The position numbers were made by a program, and so were the translations under genes. A stretch of 64,000 nt of DNA from positions 9,433,323-9,497,322 of the forward strand of contig NC_057752.1 in assembly GCF_004010195.1 (NCBI RefSeq). Direction: 5' to 3'. Position 1 is the stretch's first letter. Each line of letters opens with the position of its first letter. The notes under the pieces are model-generated. The model saw nothing but the letters and a program-made list of their open reading frames with translations, made no database searches and had not been told where the DNA came from. This DNA comes from Chiloscyllium plagiosum (taxonomy: Eukaryota). Shown here piece after piece: positions 12,026 through 25,210 of this stretch.

Positions 12026-13012
12026 AAAACACAAAAGGAATGTGGAAATTCATTAGTTACAGCAGAACCTACAAGTTATTCATACAAATATAAATTTGGA
12101 ACTTCCTCTGGTCCCAATGACCCTTCAACCTCTACCCATTTTGGTTGAATGCCTTTATATTACAATTAATTCACGTGTTTTACCTCAGAGCCTATGAATG
12201 TGGGGGTTCCTACACCCATTCTGGTCCTATACACACCCACGTAGAGGCCAGAATTATTGTGACCTGCTTGAACCACACGCCCTGCTTCAAATGTTCCCAG
12301 TCCCCTCAATTCACTATGAAGTCCCAATTTCCTCCCTGTCTCCAACTGCCTCCTTGTCAGCATCAATATTCCCATGGAGACCCAGTGCAATGAGGCACAT
12401 CCCTAATACTTGCCTGCTTTCCCCAGGATGCCATAGACTGATCACTGATAAGCCCCTGATTATTAGTGATTGAATATTTTTGATGGGCACATGGCTATTC
12501 CCTGTACTGATCTCTCAACATCACCTAGACTGACCTACACATAATCACTGGACTGATTGTGTTTGAGCTTGAGGACTGGCCGTAGCCCAATCCCCAGACT
12601 GCAACAATACAGATCCCTGGACTTACAAAGGACCAATCACCTGACTGACTGGCGAAACCCCTGCAGTGGGATCAGACTAACCCCTTGACTGACTGTGGCA
12701 GTAACTCCTGATTGCCATTATCTTCAAGCATGTGCAATGCGTTTGCTATTCAGCTGCTGGCACATGTTGCAGCTCTGACTTTGATGAAGAATGCCATAAA
12801 TGTTAAACGCCTCTCTTACTTTTCAGTGCACCCCACTGCCACAAGCCATTTGGCTAGAGCTAGTAATAAGATGGAATTAATAATGGATCGCATACTTATG
12901 GAACCTTTAGTAGAAGGTGATCATAACATGGTAAAATTTCAAATTCAGTTTGAGGGTGGGCAATTTGGGTCTCAAACTAGTGTCCTCAACTTAAATCAAG
13001 GAAATGACAGAC

Positions 13013-13712
13013 AGAGTCATAGAGATGTACAGTACAGAAACAGACTCTTCGGTCTAACTCATCCATGCTGACCAGATATTCTAAATTTGTCCAGTCCCAT
13101 TTGCCAGCACATGGCCCATATCCCTCTAAACTCTTCCTATTCATATACCCATCCAGATGCCTTGTAAATGCTGTAATTGTACTAGCCTCCACCACTTCCT
13201 CCGGCAGCTCATTCCATACATGTACCAGCCTCTGCATGAAAAAGTTGCTCCTTAGGTCTCTTTTATATCTTTCCCCTCACCATAAACCTAAACCCTCTAG
13301 TTCTGGACTCCCCCAACCCCAGGGAAATGACTTTATTTATTTAACCTATCCATGCCCTTCATGATTTATAAGGTCACCCCACAGCCTCCAACACTCCAGG
13401 GAAAACAGCCCCAGCCTGTTCAGTGTCTCCCTATAGCTCAAATCCTCCAACCCTAACAACATCCTTGTAAATCTTTTCTGAACCCTTTCAAGTTTCACAA
13501 CATCTTTCTGATAGGAAGGAGACCAGAACTGCACGCAATATTCCAACAGTGGCCTAACCGATGTCCTGTACAGGCGGAACATGAACTCCCAACTCCTGTA
13601 CTCAATACTCTGACCAATAAAAGAAAGCATACCAAACGCTTTCCTCACTATCCTATCTACCTGCAACTCCACTTTCAAGGAGCTATGAACCTGCACTCCA
13701 AGCAACACTCCC
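13013..13712 (-). mobile_element. CR1 ORF2 C-terminus and 3' tail
   Basis: GVQVHSSLKVE.QVDRIV.KAFGMLSFI...LEYCVQFWSP...LERVQKRFTRML. Confidence 0.9.
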
Positions 13713-14828
13713 TCACACCTTACTGGTTTAAATCCTCCAACGCAGCTCCAGCAAATCTCCCTGTCCAGTATATTAGTCCCCTTCCAATTTAGGTGCAGTC
13801 TGGGGTGGCACGGTGGCTCAGTGGTTAACACTGCTCCCTCACAATGCCAGGAACCCAGGTTCGATTCGGGCGACGGTCTGTGTGGAGTTTGCACATTCTC
13901 CCTGTGTCTATGTGGGTTTCCTCTGGGTGCTCTGGTTTCCTCCCACAGTCCAAAGATGTGCAGGTTAGGTGAATTGGTCATGCTAAATTGCCCATAGAGT
14001 TAGGTGCATTAGTCAGGGGGGGTTGGGTCTGGGTGGGTTACTCTTCGGAGGGTCAGTGTGGACTAGTTGGGCCGAAGGGCCTGTTTCCATGTTGTAGGGA
14101 ATCTAATCCTTCTTATATAGGTCACTTCTATCCTAGAACTGATTCCAATGATCCAAACATGTGAACCCTTCTCCCATACAGCAGCCATACATTCATCTGC
14201 TCTATCCTCCTATTCCTGCCCTCACTAGCTCGTAGCACCGGGAGTAATCCAGATATTACTACCCTCAAGGACCTCCTTTTTAAATTCCTGCCTAACTTCC
14301 TGTATTCTCCCTTCAGGATCTCATCCTTTTCCCTTCCTATGTCATTAGGTCCAATGTGTATAATGACCACATGCTGGCCCCTCACCCCTTTGAGAATATT
14401 CAGCACCCTCTCTGAGATATCCTTGATCCTGGCACCAGGGAGGCAACACATCATTTTGGTTTTCCACTGCTGGCCGCAGAAACATCTGTCTGTGACTCTG
14501 ACGAGAGAGAGTTCCTTAACACAATTAATCGCTTGGAACCTGACATACCCCTCATTATATTAGAGGCTGTCTCGATACCAGAAACGTGGTTGTTCGTGCT
14601 ATATTCTCCTGAGAGTCCATCGCCCCCTACATTTTCCAGAACAGCATACTTGTTTGAGATGGGGATAGCCACAGGAGATTCCTGCAATACCTGTCTCCCT
14701 CTCCTACCTTTCCTGGACGTAACCCATCTACCTAACTGTGTCTGTGGTTTTTCTCCCTTCCTATAATAGCCATCCATTACACCCCCTAGCTCCTGTGAAT
14801 TCCTTATTGCCTCTAACTGCCGCTCCAA
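13713..14828 (-). mobile_element. CR1 ORF1 (SGNH esterase-like), split by a SINE
   Basis: CCLPGARIKDISERV...VIIHIGPNDIG...RVVISGLLPV and LHLNWKGTNIL; frameshifted. Confidence 0.8.
13802..14107 (+). mobile_element. tRNA-derived V-SINE (HE1-like)
   Basis: Same head, core and tail as 11718-12025. Confidence 0.85.
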
Positions 14829-14829
14829 C

Positions 14830-15565
14830 AAAAACAGAGGTACAGGCAAATGTTAAGAGTTTGCGAGTCCATTCAGTATTCTAACAGCAGGAGGGTAGAA
14901 ACTGTTACAAAACCGGCTGGTGCATGTTCACGCTTCTGTACCTTCTCCCTGATGGTAGAGATTGTAGAAAAACATTGCCAGGGTGGGATGGATCTTTGAG
15001 AATGCTGGCGACCTTTCCTTGACAGCGGGCCTGGTAGGTGGATTCTATAGATGGGAGGTTGGCCTTTGTGATTGTCCAGGCCGAGTTCACCACTCTCTGT
15101 AACTGTCTCTGATCTTGAATGGTACAGTTGCCATACCAGGTAGTGATACATCCAGACAGAATGCTCTCAATGGTGCACCGAGAAATGTTGGCAAGGGTAT
15201 TCGCTGTCATGCCAAATTTCCTCAGCTGCCTGAGGAAGAAGAGTTGTTGTTGGGCCTTTGTAACCAGTGCGTCCACATGAAGAGTCCAAGGAAGCTTATT
15301 GTTGATGACCATTCCCAGGAGCTGGACACTCTCCACTCATTCCACCTCTGTGCTGTTAATGTGTAAGGGGGCATGAGTAACATCCCGCCAAAAGTCAATA
15401 ATGACTTCCTTGGTTTTGCCGCATTGAGAGCTAGCTTGTTCTTAGTGCACCATTTTTCCAGGTTTTTCACCTCCCATCTGTAGTCTGTTTCGTCGCCATC
15501 TGAGATTCAACCAATTATGGTGGTGTCATCAGCGAACTTGTAAATGGCATTCATCTGGTATTGGA
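14830..15565 (-). mobile_element. Rex1/Babar-type LINE RT C-terminal fragment
   Basis: KAQQ.LFFLRQLRKFGM...RCTIESILSGCITTWYGNCT.QD..QLQRVV...SILKDPSHPG; upstream YKFADD motif near 15520-15545. Confidence 0.8.
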
Positions 15566-17329
15566 GGTAAGATCAGAGGGTGTGGGCTCGGAAAGCATGT
15601 TGATTTTGCCTAGCGCACACACTGTGCAATGTAACTTGGACACCTCTAAGTTTTTTTTGCATGTCCTTGCTCACTATGATCTGCCTCTACTGCTCACAAA
15701 CAAAGCTTTTCACTGTACTTAGGTACACATGACAATCAACCAACCAAACATTTAAAACAAGGATAGATAAGTGTTTTAAATATCAGGGAGTTGAGGACTG
15801 AGGTGAGCTGGCTCAAAAAAGGAGTTGAGACCTGGGAAGATCAGCCATGATCTTATTGAATGGCAGGGCAGGCTCGAGGAGCCAAATGGCCTGTTCTTGC
15901 TCCTGCTCCTATTTCTTAGGGCTTGATTGCTGCGCTAAAAATGCAGTCTAAGCCAATTTAAGGTTGCCTGCCTCTAACTTAGCATTAAAGACATCTATGC
16001 CAAAACAAAGCAGGCTGTGTCAGTCACAAAGGCTGTCTGCATCTAACTGAGCATTAAAGACCTTCTGTTCTAAGATAAGTCACAGAAGATGCCTCGATCC
16101 GTATCAGTGCCAAGAATCTGGGATAGATGCACAAGATATCGGTCACGATGTATAGGCATGTCACAATCATGCAAGTCCTGAGTCTATCTCAACACTAAAG
16201 TATTAATGTTTGATTTAGTTATTGTCATGTGTATTTTGTTACAAAATATAGTAAAGAGTGTTGTATGGTGTCATAAAATCCGACACGATCTTAAAACACA
16301 GAAAAATAAACCAAAACAGACTATAAAAAGGCAGAGAAATGGACAAATAAAGAAAATGTGTTCAAATTTACAGTCCTTCTTGTTAAGTTCTCTGCCATGG
16401 GCCTGGGGCCCAGGCACGAGTTCCCTTTGCCAGACCACTGCCGCAGGAACGAAAGTCGCCAGTCTGTGGTACCGACTCGCCTCCACTGACGCACTGGCTA
16501 CTAGGAGTCCTTGATTTGCCTCACCAATGCTGCCAGGTACCACACTGGCATAAACTCAACTCCACCACTGCCATGAATCCACTTCGAGCCCACGTTGCAA
16601 ATGAAGCCACTGCCAATGCCGCCAGATTTCGTACTGGGCCAATATGCGCAACTGCTGCTGCCTCAATGAATCTGCTCAGGACACAGATGCTGCCAGGAAT
16701 CCAAACGCCTCCAACGCCCCCGCCACAAGTCCGCACTGCTGGGCCCATTTGCAGTCTCTGATGGATACCATTGCTCTGACCGAGGTCTTCCCAAGAGGTA
16801 AGTAAAAGAGAAAAAAAATTTAAAATGAGAGAAAAGAAAAGCAGATGGAGCAGAAAAGCCCCAGGCTCAGAAGCCCTACTCCACCGCCTTACTGAAAAGT
16901 ACACACCGAGTTGGACCGAGGCCAAGCACTAGGATATTGTGCAGCTAGTGCTTTGCTGATGCCATATTATGTGGATGAAGGGTCCAAGAAGAGCATGCCA
17001 ATTGATCATGAAGGTATCTTATGCAGAAGCTGCGGTTTCAGAGGAGAAGCTAGATGGTCATCATCACCATTCAACAAGCTGCAATGGATAACCGCCAGAC
17101 AAGCCACTTTGTTTCATCCGTGCACTTTTTAAAATCCAACTATGCAAAAGAAGACTGGGAGTGTTATGTTAATATGGTAAGTTGGGCTATAAATGAGACA
17201 CAAACACATGAGCTTCTCACCACCTGACAGCAAGATTTTAAAACTGCCATCTCAGGCATGAGGACTTAATTGCGATATGAAGAAACTGCTGGAGACACTG
17301 GTTATTGTAAAGGATATGGGATAAAGAGT

Positions 17330-18020
17330 TGTGCTACAAGAATTGCCGGATGACTAGCCAAGCTGTTCCAGTACACTTACAACACTGGCATCAACCCAGC
17401 AATGTGGAAAATTGCCCAGGTATGTCCTGTAGACAAAAAAAACAGGACAAATCCAAACTGGCCAATTACCTAATCATCAGTCTATGCTTGATCATCCATA
17501 AACCGATGGAAGGGGTCATCAACAGTGCTATCATGCAGTACTTGGTTAACAATAACCTGCTCACTGACACCCAGTTTGGTTCTGCTAGGGCCACTCAGAT
17601 GCTAATCTTATTACATTCTTCCTTCAAACCTGGACAAAAGAGCTGAATTCCAGAGGTGAAGTGAGAGTGACTGCCCTTGACATCAAAGCTGCATTTGACA
17701 GTGTGCAAATGACATTATCATCACTGAATTTGCTTCTAAAAACATCAAGGAGCCCTCGCAAAACTAGAGTCAATGGGAATCGGGGGATAATTCTTTGCTG
17801 GCTGGAGTCAAAACAGAGAAAGATAGTTGTGGTTATTGAAGTTCAATCATCTAAGCTGCAATATATCACTGCAGGAGTTCCTCAGGGTATTGTCCTCGGC
17901 CCAGACATCTTCAGCTGCTTCAATGACCTTTCCTCCATCATAACAGGAGGACAACAGCATCAAATACATGGATAGACCACCACCTAGTTCCCTTCCAAGC
18001 CACTCAACATCTTGACTTGC
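17330..18020 (+). mobile_element. Non-LTR RT fragment (second CR1/L2-group family); 3' end resumes at ~20290-20480
   Basis: KKQDKSKLANY..ISL..I.K.MEGVIN, VTALDIKAAFD, AGVPQGIVLGP; same family at 56280-57250 and 61760-63260. Confidence 0.75.
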
Positions 18021-19846
18021 ACCCCACTATGCTAACATTTTCATGTACGAGTTCAAACAAGACTTCTTTGCTGCACAGGATCTCCAACCAGCACTATACA
18101 CCAGATATACTGGCAATATTTTCTTCCTCTGGATCCATGGCGAGGAGTCACTGAAACAACTACACAGTGATATCAACAAGTTTCCTCCCACCATCAGACT
18201 CACCATGGAATACTCTTTAGTATCAGTCTCATTCTTGGACACACACATCTCGCGCACCTTAGTACCTCACTCTACTGCAACCCCATGGATAACCTCACAA
18301 TGGTGCACTTTCCTAGATTCCACAAGAAACATATTAAAACAGCCATCCCTTATGGACAAGCCCTGCACATACACAGGATCTGGTCAGATGAGGAGGAACA
18401 CAACAGACACCTGAGGGTGCTCAAGGATGCCCTCGTAAGAACAGGGTATGATGCTCAACTCATCGATTGCCAGTTCCAACGTGCCACAGCGAGAAACCGT
18501 AATGACCTCCTCAGGAGACAGACATGGGATGCAGCCGAGAGGGCACCCTTCACTGTCCAGTACTTCCCGTGAGTGGAGAATCTATGCCATGTTCTTTGCA
18601 GCCTGCAACACATTATCAATGAAGATGAGCACCTCGCCAAGACCTTCCCTACATCTCCACTTCTCACCTTTAAACAACCGCCAAACCTTAAGCAGACCAT
18701 TGTTCATAGCAAACTGCTCAGCCTTCAAGATAGCATCGACCACAACACTGTATAACCCTGTCATGGCAACCACTGCATGACATGTCAGTGTGTCGACACG
18801 GATATCACCATTATACTTGGGGACACAACCAACCACATGCACAGCAGGTACTCATGTGACTCGACTAACATTGTCTATGTCATATGCTGCAGGCGAGGAT
18901 GCCCAAAGGCATGGTACGTTGGCGAGATCAAGCAGAATAAATGGACGCGCAACAATCACCAGACAGATGTTCCCTCCCAGTCGGGGAACACTTCAGCTGT
19001 CAGGGACATTTGGCCTCGAATCTTTGGGTGACCATCCTCCAAGGTGCACTTCGGGATACACAACACCACAGAGTGGCTGAGCAGAGGCTGATAGCCAAGT
19101 TCAGAACCCATGAGGATGGCCTCAACCGAGACATTGGGTTCATGTCACACTACAGGTGACTATGCACTCTCTCTCTCACACACACTCATACATTCATGCA
19201 GACCGTCTCTCATACACACACTTGCTCTCGTACACACACACACATATACAGCTCCACCCACACACACACACCCTCTCACAGGCTTATACTCCATCACACA
19301 CACACTTTACCATGCATGCACACACACAAACACACACTCTCTCACATGCACACACTCTGTCTCTCTCTCTCTCTCTCATGCAGGCACACACACATATGTC
19401 GATGGGGTGAATTTGTATTTGCAGAATTATATTGGCCGATACATTCTATTTTGCTCAAAAATGTACAATCTGCAGGCAGTCAATCCATGTAATATTTTAT
19501 AAGTTCCTACTTTGGAAATAGAACCAGTCGGACTCAAGATTGGGATACAGATAGCTCTAAGCTCACACCTTTAATGCATTGTCTGAGCTGAGATGTCACC
19601 TTTTTTATAAAACCTTAAGCTATCTCAAGTATGTGTTGTAAAAGAAGTTCTGAGATTTACATATTAATGAACCAAAACCTGCAACCCATTCTAAAAGATG
19701 AAAGATTTAACAGAAATCTAGATTTGTTCATTACTTGTATATCATTTCAGTTGCATGACATTCTAATCTTTTGCTATAAATTCTGCATCTTACGATCCTC
19801 TTTCATGGAGCAGCACTCTGAAGGCTAGTGCTTCCAAATAAACCTG
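18020..19846 (+). mobile_element. 5'-truncated Penelope-like element, Neptune type (RT end, Cys-rich linker, GIY-YIG, 3'UTR)
   Basis: YANIFM..., LYTRYTGNIFFLW (decayed RYIDD), VSFLD, IPYGQAL.I.RI.S, CHGNHCMTC, YSCDSTNIVYVICC...WYVGE, DGLNRD; frameshifted; ends in a decayed family C terminal repeat. Confidence 0.85.
19165..19396 (+). repeat. (CA)/(CT)-rich microsatellite within the PLE 3'UTR
   Basis: Imperfect CA/CT tracts. Confidence 0.9.
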
Positions 19847-20261
19847 ATTTGGAGATGCCGGTGTTGGACTGGGGTGTACAAAGTTAAAAATCACACAACA
19901 CCAGGTTATAGTCCAACAGGTTTAATTGGAAGCACACTAGCTTTCGGAGCAACGCTCCTTCATCAGGTGATTGTGGAGGGCTCGATCGTAACACAGAATT
20001 TATAGCAAAAATTTGCAGTGTGATGTAACTGAAATTATACATTGAAAAATTGATTGTCTGTTAAGCCTTTCATCTGTTAGAATACAGTGATAGTTTCACT
20101 TCTTTCACGTGTAAATCACAAAACCCTTTTTTTTAAAGTTGCATTCTCAGGTTAGCTGTTAACAATGGTGATAGCTAGACAATAAGCGTCGCTCCGAAAG
20201 CTAGTGTGCTTCCAATTAAACCTGTTAGACTATAACCTGGTGTTGTGTGATTTTTAACTTT
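19846..20261. mobile_element. Family C hairpin element; hammerhead motif on minus strand at ~19936-19969
   Basis: Arms 19880-19956 and 20185-20261; unpaired tail 19846-19879; minus strand cac-CTGATGA-a-GGAGC-gtt-GCTCC-GAAA-G-CTA-gtg. Confidence 0.8.
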
Positions 20262-23066
20262 AGTCCAACACCAGCTCCTCCACCTCATAGACATATATCA
20301 CCATTCTTTCAGTGTTACTGGATCAAAATCCTGGAACTTTCTCCCTAACAGCATTATAGATCTCGCTACACTAAACTAACTGCAGGAGTTTAAAAAGGTA
20401 GCTCACCATCACCTTTACAAGGGGAACTAGGGATGGGAAATAAATGCTGGCCCCACAAGCGGTACTCACACCTCACAAATTTATTTCTTAAAATTAAGGA
20501 GAGTTTTTCTCAACGTTAGGAATCTGATTTTTTTCACTCATGCCTGATTGAGTCATTATGCTCTCCAACATTGTCACCACCTCAGAGAGAGCAAAATCTG
20601 CACTTTGAAGCAATTGAAGCTCATGGAATTGAAGACAAATTATTCACCTCGTTAGAAAATGGACTCTGCAGCAGAAGTAAGGATAATGAGCAGATGCACT
20701 AATTGGCAGAATGTGACTGACTCTGCAAGGACCTCTGTTGCAGATTTAATTCTTACGATATTTAGTAACAACTTATGTTAAATAGAGTTGTATACCTTGT
20801 AATTGAGAAAGTTAAGAGGAGGGGGCTGGTGGTAATGTCCCTACCTCTGAGCCAGGAGGTTTGGGTTCAAAATCTCACATCTTTGAATAGGTTGATTAGA
20901 AACTTAAGAGGTAATTTAATCAAAGTTTTAAAAAAAAATTATTGAGAACAGAGAGGGGAGATAGAGTTAGCACATTGGGACATTTAATTAAGCTAATTAA
21001 GTAAACTGGTTAAATCTGGTTCTTGAAGCAGGGCAGGTCTTACAAGTTTAAAAACCAAGGCCTACTAGTCCTAGCATGGAGTGTGAATTACAGACAGTGA
21101 GCTTGGTTGTTTGTTCTGAAAGTTTTTGTAAGGTGCTGCTAGTTACATCTAAGAACAGGCATAGGTGGATACTGGGTTTTGAGGGGGACAAGCAGCAACA
21201 AGGTAAGACCCCTTTTTTTTCCCATAAGTCTCCTAGTTGTTAAAGGAGCTGAGCTGGCATTTAGTGGAGTGGTACCCTTCTGTCAGATGTGGGAGATCAG
21301 GGAGTAGTTGAATGTCCTTGGTGACTATCTACAGGAACTGTCTAGCTATGGTTTCCCTCCAACAATCGCCAGACAGTTGGAAGTACAGGAGTATGTAGGA
21401 GGTAGAGAATGTGGATAGATGGCTACTTCAGGGGTGTTGTCACACTGCTGGTTCAGTCCAGGGGAGGCTAGCCGCTTGTGCAGGGGATGGATGGATGGAT
21501 GCAGGGATGGATGGATGCAGGGATGGAGTGAAGATCGGTCTTGATCGATTAAACTGCATTTCATCTAAGTGAAAGAGGCCTGACATTAAGGCAGATAAAT
21601 GTATGGATTGGAACTGGGATATTGTAGCTATTACAGAAACATGGTTGCAGGAGAGAACTGGCAGCTGTGTTGGGGTACAGATGCAATAGGAAAGACAGCA
21701 GGGAAGGCAAGAGAGGAGGGGGAATGGCGTTTATTAGGGAAAACCTCTCCAAAAATACTTAGAGGATACTTCTGACGATCATCCAATGAAGCAATATGGG
21801 TGGAACTGAGAAATAAGGTTATTACTTTGGGACTGTACTATAGACCTCCTAAAGTCAGTGAGGAAATTGAAGAATAAATATGAAGGGAGATAGCTGCCAG
21901 AATAAGAATTGTAATAGCAGGGGGTTTTAATTTTCCAAATAGAGTAGGATTGCCATAGTATTTAGGATTTGGATTGGGGAGGAATTTGATCACATTTTGA
22001 ACACAATGTGGATGGCCCTACTACAGAAAAGGCAAAATGTTTCCTCTTGGGAAATAAAGCAGGGTAAGTAGCTGAGGTGTTAGTGGGGGAACACTTTGGG
22101 ACCAGTGGATGTAATTCTGAGCTTTAAAATCCTTTTATGGAAAAGGATAGGCCTGGTCCACCAATTAAAGATCAGAATTGGCCTTGTTCCAATTAGACAG
22201 GAACTGCCCAAGTTGACTGGGGCAAGGGGAGGCTGTTTGCAGGAAAAACCTGCATATAGCAAGTGGGAGACTTTCAAAAGTGAGATAATGAGAATTCAGG
22301 GCTAGCATGTTCTTATAAATGTGAAGGGTAAGGCTAATAGAAGTAGGGAACCTGAGATGACTAGACACTTGAGGCCAGAAAAAGGAGGTACATGGCAGGT
22401 GCAGACAGCTGGGATCAAGTGTACCCTTGAGGGGTACAGGAGGTGTAGGAGTACACTTGAGGGAAATCAGAGCAAAAAGGGACATAAGATTGCTTTGGCA
22501 AATAGGGAAAGGAGAAACCAAAGATTCAACAGTATGTTAAGGGCAAAGGGATAACCTGGGAGACAATAGGGTCCCTTAAAGATCAATGTTTCCATCTGTG
22601 TGGAACCATGGGAGATGGTTGAGATCCTAAATGAATATTTTGTATTGGTATTTGCTGTGGAGAATGCTAGGGAAGCCAGGGAACTCTGAGATATTGTGCT
22701 ATCTGAAAACAGTCCAATTTACAGGTCTTAAAACATGTATAGGTAGGTAAATCCCAGGATCTGATCAAGTCTATCCCAAGACACTATGGGTAGCTGGGGA
22801 GAAAGCTATGGGGACCCCGAGCAGAGACACTTGTATCATTGACAGCTATGGGTGAGGTACCGGAAGACTCGTGGTTAGCTAATATTGTACCTTTCTTTAA
22901 GGCTGCAAGAAAACACTAGAACCACAGACCAGCTAGTCTAATGTCAGTGGTGGACAGGATCAACATGCATTTGGAAAGGCAAAGACTGATTAGGAATAAA
23001 TAGCATAGCTTTGAGCATGGGGAAATTCTTCAATTGTTTTTTTTTTTTGGAAGAGGCAACCAAGAG

Positions 23067-23573
23067 ATGTGTTGGACTGGGGTGGACCTAGTTTAAAAAT
23101 CACAGAATACCCGATTAGTCCAACAGCTTTATTTGGAAGCACTAGCTTTCAGCATTTCACCTTCAGGTAGCTGAAGAAGCAGTGCTCTGAAAGACCAGAT
23201 GGGCCAATGGGCTGAGAAGTGGCAGATGGATTTTAATTCAGATAAATGCAAGGTGCTGCATTTTGGGAAAGCAAATCTTAGCAGGATTTGTACACTTAAT
23301 GGTTAGGTCCTAGGGAGTGTTGCTGAACAAAAACCTTGGAGTACAGGTTCATAGCTCCTTGAAAGTGGAGTCGCAGGTAGATAGGATAGTGAAGAAGGCG
23401 TTTGGTATGCTTTCCTTTATTGGTCAGAGTATTGAGTACAGGAGTGGGGAGGTCATGCTGTGGCTGTACAGGACATTCGTTAGGCCACCGTTGGAATATT
23501 GCATGCAATTCTGGTCTCCTTCCTATCGGAAAGCTAGTGCTTACAAATAAAGCTGTTGGACAATAACCTGGTT
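23067..23573. mobile_element. Old family C hairpin interrupted by a young CR1 fragment (~23194-23529)
   Basis: gtgttggactggggtg...gcactagctttc...ctgaagaagcagtgctctgaaag | CR1 | gaaagctagtgcttacaaataaagctgttggacaataacctgg. Confidence 0.65.
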
Positions 23574-24184
23574 ATGAATCTTGTAAAACAAGATGTAGGC
23601 AGAGCAGTAAACATTGTTTGCATGGACTTTAGGAAGGCCTTTGACCAGGTTCCACATGTTTGACTGATCGTAAGGTCATGTGGGATCCAGAGAGCTAGCC
23701 AATTGGACACAAAATTGGCTTGTCAGTAGGAGACCGGTGGTGATAGAAGGTCACTGTTCAGACTGGAGGCCTGTGACCAGCAGTGTACTGTAATGATCAG
23801 TGCTGGCTCCATTATTGTTCATCACTTGTATTCTTATCCAAATCATTTGAGGCATGGTTAGTAAGTTTGCAGATTACCCCAAAATTGGTGGTGTGGTTGA
23901 CAGTTAAGGTTATTTAAGAGTGACTGACTGGATCCTGATCAACTGGCACCATGGGCTGAGGAATGGCAGACATAGTTTAATTCAGCTGGATGCATTTTAG
24001 TCAGAAAAACCAGGGCAGGGCTTGCACAGTTAATGGTAGTATCCTGGAGTGTTGTCAGTGACCTAGGGGTGCAAGTATATAGTTTAAAGTGCCACCACAG
24101 GTAGACTGTCAGTTGACATGCTTGCCTTCAATCAGAGCACTGAGTACAGGAGTTGTGACATTGTTACAGCTGTACACGACTGCT

Positions 24185-25210
24185 CCTCTAACAAGTTATG
24201 GTGTCCTTGTTGTCTTTTTCCAGAGCTTGTAAAAGACAGACTCTGAAACACTTGGGTTAAGTTTTTAGGGCCAGTTTGATTATAGGTACTGCCTCAGGCA
24301 AAAGCTTAAGTGTTTTTTTTAAAAAAAAAAACACTTGTATAATGCAGTCAGCTCTTCTCTGGTTTGGTTTCTTTTTTGTCTCCTGTAAGACCCTGTTTGA
24401 TTTTTACCTTTTGTGCCAAGCGGTGTTTATGGGGATTGTTGTGAGAAACAAAAGCTCACTCACTTCAACAATAATTTCAGTCCGAGACCAAAAATCTGAA
24501 ACCGTGTTGTTTATTTGTACACTTGCAAGTGGGTGCAATGTCTAATGCCAGGTAAGGCAATGACAAATGCACATCAAATCCAACAAACTCTCATTTATCC
24601 AGTTTGAATCCCCATATTTTTTCTTATTTCACTGTTTGCCCCCATCCTCCGCTTACGTCATTCATTTCCTTAAGACTGATCCCACAACTTCTGTTTATCC
24701 GGCCTTGTCTGTGACAATTGCCTATCTCCGGCCCCCCCATAAGGTTGTTTGACGTCATCCCATCCTTTGCTTACCATTATCTACTCCCTCCATCTGCACT
24801 GCCCCTCACAGCATCTTATCACTAGCCCTTTAATTGGGGTTTGTTTCTGTGTCTCTGTACAAATGGGAAACGGATGTTTTTCCTGTTTGCCCATACATCT
24901 ACCATTGTTCTATAATAATGTCTCATGCTAACATATCATTTTTTAGCTGAATATATATTTCCTCATTCTTGTTCTGTATCAGAATTTATAGTTGCAGAAA
25001 TAACACTAATTCATCTCTATCTATATAGAACAGCATCATAAATTGGGATAATCTGTTGGGTTAAGTTATTCTGTATTGTTTTTTGCTTCATTCAGTAATC
25101 TTGCAAATTGTTTTGTTTAAAACATGGGCTGGCCATCTACATCCCTTCCAGAATATCCATGTTATACTTAAAACAACTTGCAAAGTGAGGGTCTGGCCTG
25201 GTCAGTGACA
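24185..25210 (+). mobile_element. LTR-like insertion inside CR1
   Basis: Interrupts CR1 ORF2 (LQLY.T...LEY.VQFW); 3' end aaagtgagggtctggc...gtgaca resembles the LTR-like ends at 9480-9540 and 36570-36600. Confidence 0.4.

Noticed and set aside
15965..16075. Imperfect ~35-bp direct repeat (ctaact.agcattaaagac)
   Set aside because: Only two units, probably inside an LTR-like repeat; not a CRISPR or satellite array
16206..16925. Overlapping Ala/Thr-rich ORFs
   Set aside because: Low-complexity gccactgcc repeats within an unclassified repeat; no coding support
19110..19502. His/Thr-rich ORFs
   Set aside because: Translations of a CA/CT microsatellite
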